DNA from: the human T2T-CHM13v2.0 reference genome, Homo sapiens
Length of the DNA: 64,000 bases
NCBI RefSeq assembly: GCF_009914755.1
Contig: NC_060947.1
Reading direction: 5' to 3' (one strand)
Notes under the pieces: generated by a model
What the model saw: only the letters and a program-made list of their open reading frames with translations
What the model was told of the DNA's origin: nothing
Database searches by the model: none
In this document: piece by piece, positions 56,019 to 64,000 of the stretch
How the letters are laid out: each line of letters begins with the position of its first letter
How positions within the stretch are numbered: the first letter of the stretch is position 1
Program-made: the position numbers and the translations under genes

Positions 56019-56418
56019 TGTAAGAATCAAAGAAAGAAGAAAGAAACAGGAAAGGTGGCTTGACAGCTAAAGACAGATTTATTAACTTCACCTTCATACA
56101 GTGGGCCCCAGTAAAACAATGGGCCTTAATAAGCACATTCCTTTCCCTTCAGGTGCACTAAGAGAAGTTAAAAGCAGACTCAGGGAGTATGCCTGCAGCT
56201 GCAGGAAGATGTATGGGAACAGACCCAAAATTCTCCCTCCCAGATAAGCACAACAAAGAAACACAGAGGCAGTCCAAGTCTCTGATAAACTCTCCCGCCC
56301 TAAATCCTTAAAAACTCTTAGTCTGTAAAAACAAAACAAAACAAACAAACGAAAAGAGTGCCTCTAACCTAACTTGCCCAAAAACCCCTCTCGGGTGTAT
56401 TTTTCTAAAATAAAACTG
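56019..56418. mobile_element. Rearranged 3' LTR (56019-56083 minus; 56084-56418 inverted)
   Basis: Direct comparison with the 5' LTR at 61829-62405. Confidence 0.9.
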
Positions 56419-56651
56419 GAAAGGCCTATGCATTACTTTTTGTTAGTAACTGTTACTGCTGCTATGAGGATAATAATTGAGCAAAATGTTATAGTAACTG
56501 AGATTTTCTGTCTGATATTTTACCTTGAGGGTGTTACAGTATATAGTCCTCCTGCAAATAGTAGAGTGAGTAAAGCAATTCCTGCAAGGGTTGCATAGTA
56601 AATAATTTTTATTAAAAATGTTTTAATATTTGGCTTAAAAGGAGAGGTAGA

Positions 56652-57029
<378 letters not shown>

Positions 57030-57537
57030 TTATGATTTTCAGCTTAAGATTTTTTATTTATTTACATTAATATTTAGGACTTTTTCTGGGCTGTTAGGGG
57101 TTGCTTTCTTAGCTTTTTAGGCTTTGATTTGAGTGTGATGTATCCAGGAGTTAATTTCTGTAACAGATATAGTTTAAACTGTAGCAAATAATAAAAATTG
57201 AAAAACATTAGGCCAGACTAGAATTTAACAACAGGTGAGCTACAGTTTTTGAAACATAATTTTCCTTTTTCAGTTTCCCATTTTTATTAAAAGACAAATT
57301 ATGGTAGGATTGATTTGCTTTATTATACTTGGCTTAATTATTTATATACAGTGCAGCAAGAATTTGCTACTAGACCTTTTAAATTGGCTTTGATGGAACT
57401 TTGTTTCATGGAAGGAATTTGAGATAAGACTTTTAAAAGCCAAGCCTAGCCATGGATTTGTACCATTAAATACCTATGAGTTGGGCAAATTTTTTTTCTT
57501 GAGGTTCTAAGATCACTTGGGATTCCTGGCCTGTTAG

Positions 57538-57994
<457 letters not shown>

Positions 57995-60399
57995 AGTTCT
58001 TTGATTTTTTAAAGGAGAGCATACCATTCCAGTTAAAGCCTTGGTAAAATAACCAGTTTTTTTTTTAATTGTGTTCTGTTACAAAAGAAAACAGGTTCTT
58101 ATTGTGCTTATGCAAACAACTATATTGTTGTAATGTAAGAATACTTACAACTAGTTTTTAAATTTTAGAGGAACTAGGCAGAAAGAAACAAACAACCTTT
58201 AAATTCACTTTACAGGAGTATACTTTGCTTAGTTGTTAAAGGCTGTAGCTAGCTTAAGACAAGTTTTCTTGACTTTGAAAAGTAAAATAAGGATTAGCAG
58301 TGTTTTAAGCAAAAGGTAAAACTTGTTTCTGTTTTTTATTAGTTTAGTCCATTTTATTAACTTTTGTTTTGCTTGATATTTATAAACATTTTAGCTGTTC
58401 ATGAGTTCTGTACATTTTTTGTTGTTGTTGTTGTGAGAAACCTCCATTTGAGAGCACTTGCTAAGGCGACACAGCTTGATTATAAATCATGTTTTGAAGA
58501 GAATTAAAAGAAAATAACGATTGTCTGTAAATAACAAAATGTCTAGTTTGGATACAATTAGAAACACAACTGACAAAGAAATTTGGTTATTTCTGTGGTT
58601 TACAATAACCTAACATAACAACTTTAATTATGATTAATAGCACATATTTGGACACGAGAACTTTAGACATACCATACAGTTTTGGAACATATATTATTAT
58701 TCCCTAAAATATAACCTATTAGACATCATTTTTGCAATTGTATCTACCTAAGCATGTTAAATAATTCTGTTTACCTCTTTTCCAGATGCTTCAGGGGCCC
58801 TGTGCAGTACCCAAAAGCCAGGGGTTAGGAAAGACAACCTTGACACTAAAGTTTGATTTTGGGAAGCGTATTAAATATGTTTAAAATTTAAAACACTTGA
58901 CATTATGAAATAGAATTTTAGATCACCCTAAGTTGGTTTTTGTTAGTTTGTTTTGTTTTGCCAAAATGATGAGTTAAAAATTTGGAAAAGCAAAACCCAT
59001 TTATTAGCCTTTTTATTACATGAAAATCCTGTTTAAGAGAGAAAGTTAAATTTTACCCTTGCATTAGTTTGCTAGTAACGTTAACCTGAATTTTAATGAA
59101 ACCTTATAGACAATCCTGTTTAATTTTAACCAGTTTGACCATGAAGTGCGATTTTTATATACCTGTTAAGACCCTTGACAAGTTTTGCTAAAGAGTAGAT
59201 TAGCATTTTAAGAAAACTTTGTGGTGCTTTAATTTTAGTGTTTAATTTACAGAAAAAAAACCCATATAATACCCTTTTGAGTTTAGTTAATATGTTTACA
59301 CAGGTTTTTTTTGCAAGATTAATTTTTACAATGTTTTTATAATTTGCTGAAACCATTCACTTTATTTTATTTAATTTTAAGACTTTTTTATTCTTAAGAA
59401 AAATGTGTATTTTTATGCCTTCTTATAATTTTTAACTAAAAACACTTTTTACTGTTTTTATACACCTTGCACCCAAATCCATGTTTAGTAGCTTTAATTA
59501 CATGTTATAATGGTAACTTTTAGCAATTTTTAACTTTCATGTATAACCTGTTAAGTTTTTTAAATTATGTGCTAGATGCAGATGAAGTTGGACTTTTTCC
59601 AGCATAGTTAGGGGCATGGTTACTTCCATACCTGTCTGGCCTTACCAATTGTGACACAGGCAAGTTGACAGTTTTTAAAGGCCAAAGAAGCAGGTTACAA
59701 CCTTGAAACATTTAGCAAACCTAATATCTGACCTGCATAATGTAGACCACATTTTTACACCTTGAAGACATTAGTATTTTACCAATAATTCCTAAGACTG
59801 TTTTTATTTTTAAATATTAAAGTTAGGTGAACTAAAAGGTACCACAACTTTTATTTTTGCCTTAAAGATGTTTGATTTAAGCACTTATTTTTCTTAGGCC
59901 AATTAATTAAAGCTTTTTTTAAATAGACATTGCACACATAACACATATATAACCACACGGGCAACAGAAGAAGATCTAGTAGTTATAAGATTTTTTATTT
60001 GGTAATTTCCCAATTGGATTATTGGCCTTCAGGTGAGGCCCTTTAAGAACAGAGCTAGGAATACAGTTTCCAGGGCCTAATAAACAAGCATAGATTGAAG
60101 ACAAAGACAGATTTCGAGAGGTACTTATTTACGTCTAATTCCAGGGATTCCATAAGGAAAACAGAGATTTTTTTTCCAAAATGGGATTTGTGATGCCTTT
60201 TCTGTTTTCCCAAGGAGTCCCAGGCCACCAGAAGTCATTTTAGGGTTTCTTATGCATGCACCAAGAGTGTGGCAAGACAGAGTGGAGAGAAGTAATTCAG
60301 ATGGCTGAGGGAAAACGTTTTCCAGGAAAACAAGATTTATGAAGAGATAAAGGTCTTTTGAATATAATTATAGCTTGGATATCCATTTTAATTAAGCTG

Positions 60400-61184
60400 A
60401 GCACTCTTTTTTAACAGGCGGAGGTTAGAATTATATAAATGTTATGCCAAGTTAAATTAAAGGATTAGGTTATGTGCAGGAATTCCCTGTGAAAAGGAGA
60501 GGGATTTTCAGAGAAAGAATCCAGATGCTGTTTGATTTGTGACAGATTAGACATGGAGAAAGGGACATGAACGTGAGCAATGCCTTTAAATCTAGCCACT
60601 TCCCAGAGAGGGAGAATGGCAGGGGTTGTCTGACTGGCTGGAGTAGTTTTTGAATGGGTAACAGGTGGAGAAGTAGGAGGGGCAAGGTTAGGGGCTAAAG
60701 GCTTGGGGACAGGAGGGGCTGCTGGGGCAGAGGGTTCACACAGGCAATGAGCGGGTGCAGGGGGTTGAGAATACAGAAGGGGTTCATCTGCAGGGTTGAA
60801 AGGAATTTTGGAGAAAGGGGTTTTAGGGGAAGGAGAGACCTGGGGAGGATTTTTATTAAGAAGAAGGATTTTATGAGGGGTGAAAGCTTGACATAGGGAG
60901 GGTCAGGATTTAAGGTAAAAATAAAAAAGGCTGAAAATAGAGAACCTCTTGCCATTTGCCATTCCTCGTTATGAAGTTGGTAAGGTCCCTGATAGTATGA
61001 ACATTAAAGGTTTCATTTTTGGGCCATTGGCTGTCGTTATCTAATCTGTATTGGGGCCAAGCCATTTTACAGTAGAAAATTAAACGCTTTGGCTTTAGGG
61101 TCTCCGTAAACCAAGTTTGGTGAGGTTGCAAAGAAGACAGCCCAGAGGGAAGGACGTAGGAATGTGGGATTGTTTGTGACCCAT
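60400..61184 (-). pseudogene. gag: Truncated gag (MA, Pro-rich region, start of CA)
   Basis: MGHKQSHIPTSFPLGCLL from the ATG at 61184; LKPKRLIFYCKMAWPQYRLDNDSQWP...GKWQEV; PLWEVA...HVHVPFSMSNLSQIKQHLDSFSENP; frameshifted. Confidence 0.88.
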
Positions 61185-61808
61185 GTGAGCTGGTGAGAGG
61201 AGGCCGAGGGTGTCTGTTTTGTTCTAGGCATCCCCAGACAGAAGACAGAGACCCAGAATCCTCTTTCTGAAAGAGGACAGTTAATCTGAGAAGAAACTGC
61301 ACATCCCCAAGATTTCCTCTAGCTTAGTCCCACTGGTTCTCTGAGGACCAGGATGGCAGGCCAGACTTTCTCAGGTACCAGGAGAAAGCCAGGAGAAGGC
61401 AAATTTTACCAGCCGGCTGAATTAGTGTCCGATGTTGGATGTTCCAGTTGGAATTGGTAAAGGGCCTCCTAGACTGGAGCCACATGAGGAGGAGAGAGAG
61501 AGAGAGAAAGACGGAGGAAGAAGGAAGAGGGAGCAAGGGTTAGGGAGTGAAATATCCACTGCAGGTCATTGGTGGTGGAATCTTGAGACCTGAGGGTTTT
61601 GAGAGTCCACTGGGGAGTAGCCCCGGCCTGAGCCTCACAGTCCCCTTCAGGTTAGTTGTCCTCCTCACGCAAATCACTTGAAAAGTGAAGTGAGAGAAAA
61701 GATGGGGTGGGTGGCTAGAGACCCTCAGGATCCAGGAGTTAACTCAGGATGAACTGCCATTGCCCACTGCTTCTTGGGTTGCAAGAGAGCCTTTGCCCCC
61801 AACACCCA

Positions 61809-61826
61809 TCCTGGGTTTTGGCACCA
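61809..61826 (-). promoter_or_regulatory. Primer-binding site complementary to tRNA-Phe
   Basis: TGGTGCCAAAACCCAGGA vs canonical TGGTGCCGAAACCCGGGA (two CpG-type changes), 2 nt after the LTR. Confidence 0.85.
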
Positions 61827-61828
61827 AA

Positions 61829-62405
61829 TGTAAGAATTAAAGGAAAAGGAAAGAAACACAAAAGGTGGCTTGACAGTCAAGGCACATTTATTTTAGGGAA
61901 AACAAACCTGAGAGGAGCTTCTGGCCGAGTTAGGTGAGAGGCACTCTTTCTTACAGACTAAGAGCTTTTAAGGATTTAGGGTGGGAGAGGTTATCAGAGG
62001 CTTGGACTGCTTTTGTGTTTCTTTGTTGTGCTTATCTGGGAGGGACAGTTTTGTATCTGTTCCCATACCTCTTCCTGCAGCTGCAGGCATACTCCCTGAG
62101 TCTGCTTTTAGCTTCCCAATCTTAGTGCACCTGAAGGGAAAGGAATGTGCTTATTAAGGCGCACTGTTTTACTGGGGCCCATTGTATGAGGGTGAAGTTT
62201 GGCAGTTACCTAAGATACTCCCACCTCCTCCACCACCACCCCAACACCCATACCCAAGCTGTTTTATCTGTGTTTTACTGTCTGCTCTTTCTGGCTGCTT
62301 GTTGTCAAAAGAGAAGTGATTTCCTTGAAATGCATGAGGCTAGAAAGGGAGCTGGAACTTAAAGTGGCGATGTTTGTCCAAGATGACAGTGCTCCTGCTC
62401 TGTCA
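61829..62405 (-). mobile_element. Intact 5' LTR (LTR19-like, 577 bp)
   Basis: TGACAGAGCAGGAGCAC...CTTACA termini; AATAAA at 61887-61892. Confidence 0.9.
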
Positions 62406-62474
62406 ATAGTAAATAATATAATTGGGTTGTGTGATTCCTCCAACTTCACTGTCTTTTTAAAAATTGTTTTAGAA

Positions 62475-63600
62475 ACCTAACACAGTAGGCACAAGGTCTG
62501 TATAAAGAAAACTATAAGACTCTAATGAATGGAATGAAGGGATATTCAATTTTCAAGGATAGAAAGACTCATTATTGTCAAGATGTCAATTCTAACTTGA
62601 TCTATAGATTGCCTAAAATCCCAGTCAAAATCCTAGCATGTTGTTTTGTGGATACCAACAAACTTATTTTAAGGACTAAAATATGTTTTATGTGGAAAGG
62701 CAAAAGACTAAGATTAGCCAACACAATATTAAAGAAGACGACAGTGGGAAGACTAACACTTCCCAACTTCAGGTCTTACTATAAAGTTACGATAATTAAG
62801 ACAGTGTGATATTAAAGAAATAATAGACAAAAAAGTCAAAGAAATGCAATAGACATCCCAGAAATAGACCTACAGAAATATAGTCAACCAACTTTTGACA
62901 AGGAATCAGAGGCATTTAAATTAAGAATAATCTTTTCAGCTAATTATACCAGAACAAGTGGACATCCACATGGAGAAAATGAAGCTAGGCACAGACCTTA
63001 AACTCTTCACAAAAGCTCACATAAATTCAATCACAGACCTAAATGTGAAAATAAAATTTTAAAAAACCTATGAAACACATAGAAGATACCACAGGGGAAA
63101 ACCTAAGTAACTATGGTTCGAGAAAACTTCTTAGATACAACCCAAAAAGGAACATCTGTGAAAGAAAAAATTGATAAGTTTGGCTTCATAAAAATGAAAA
63201 AATTCTGTTAAGAGAACAAAAAGGAAAAACGAGAAACGAGGATAAAAGTTTTGCAAAAAAAATCTGACTGAAGATGTGTATCAAAAATATATTCAGAACC
63301 CTCAACTCAATAACAAGAAAGCAATCCAATAAAAATGGACAAAAGATCTGAGTAGATACACACTACACCAAAGAATATATACACATTGCAAATAATAATG
63401 TAAAAAGATGATTAGCATCTTATGTCACTAGGGAATTACAAAGTAAAACAGGATACCACTACACATCTTTTAGAGTGGCTAAAATCAAAATGCCTGAAAA
63501 TTTCAAACACTCAACAGGAGGCTGAAGAACAGGTACCCTCAGTCATTGCTGATTTTAATTTGAAAAAAAAATACACTCACTCTAGAAACAGAATTGTATT
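62475..63600 (+). mobile_element. L1M ORF2 C-terminal fragment
   Basis: ORF 62525-62809 with ANTILKK..VGRLTLPNFRSYYKVTIIKTV (L1 ORF2 motif). Confidence 0.85.
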
Positions 63601-64000
63601 ATTCTATGCATTTTAAATCTGGAAATGGTAAAAAAAAAAAAAGTAGATAAAGAAAACACACTAAACACACTGTTTTTGCTGTGATTTGGGTAGGGGGTGG
63701 TGGTTGACTATCAAGGTGAAGCAAGAGAAATTTTAGGCTAAAAGAAGGGATCTCTATGACATTTTAGTGGTAGATGTAAGACTCTATATTTGCTATGATA
63801 AATAAAAATGTTCATTATAGTGAACGCTGATCTATACAAAGTTTTAAAAATCAGCCATGCATTGGGTTTTCAAAAGGATGCTGAGAAAAGAATGGATTTT
63901 ACAGGACTGAATGTGAAAGGAGAGGCACCAGCAAAAGAGGGTTTGTCTTAGTCTAGGTGAGAGATGAACCACAGAGGTAGTAATGGAGATCAATTGAAGT

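Overview
This is repeat-dominated, AT-rich primate (human or great-ape) genomic DNA, as shown by AluY, AluSc, FLAM and L1PA2 diagnostics. I found no intact host protein-coding gene, RNA gene or prokaryotic-type feature. Almost all ORFs in the track are chance ORFs or retroelement remnants. Most of the window is nested L1, L2, MIR, MaLR, MER20 and Alu elements plus two decayed class-I (gamma-like) endogenous retroviruses, both on the minus strand. The first (~8.1-15.1 kb) has a MER66-like 5' LTR and a gag remnant, and is interrupted by a 2.2-kb composite of three L1 3' ends. The second (56019-62405) is tRNA-Phe-primed and LTR19/HERV-F-like. Five things deserve a second look. (1) A ~770-bp orphan array of ~227-bp units at 54.2-54.95 kb resembles type-I MAGE 5' promoter/non-coding-exon repeats, with no MAGE ORF. 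(2) The 3' LTR of the second provirus carries an inversion plus deletion. (3) That provirus may be APOBEC3-hypermutated. (4) The L1 composite looks like an L1PA2 3' transduction, and it creates an LTR-leader/ORF2 chimeric ORF. (5) A tailless snippet of young L1 sits at ~1.5 kb. Repeat subfamily names come from remembered consensus sequences, not a database search. Boundaries of old elements are approximate (tens of bp).
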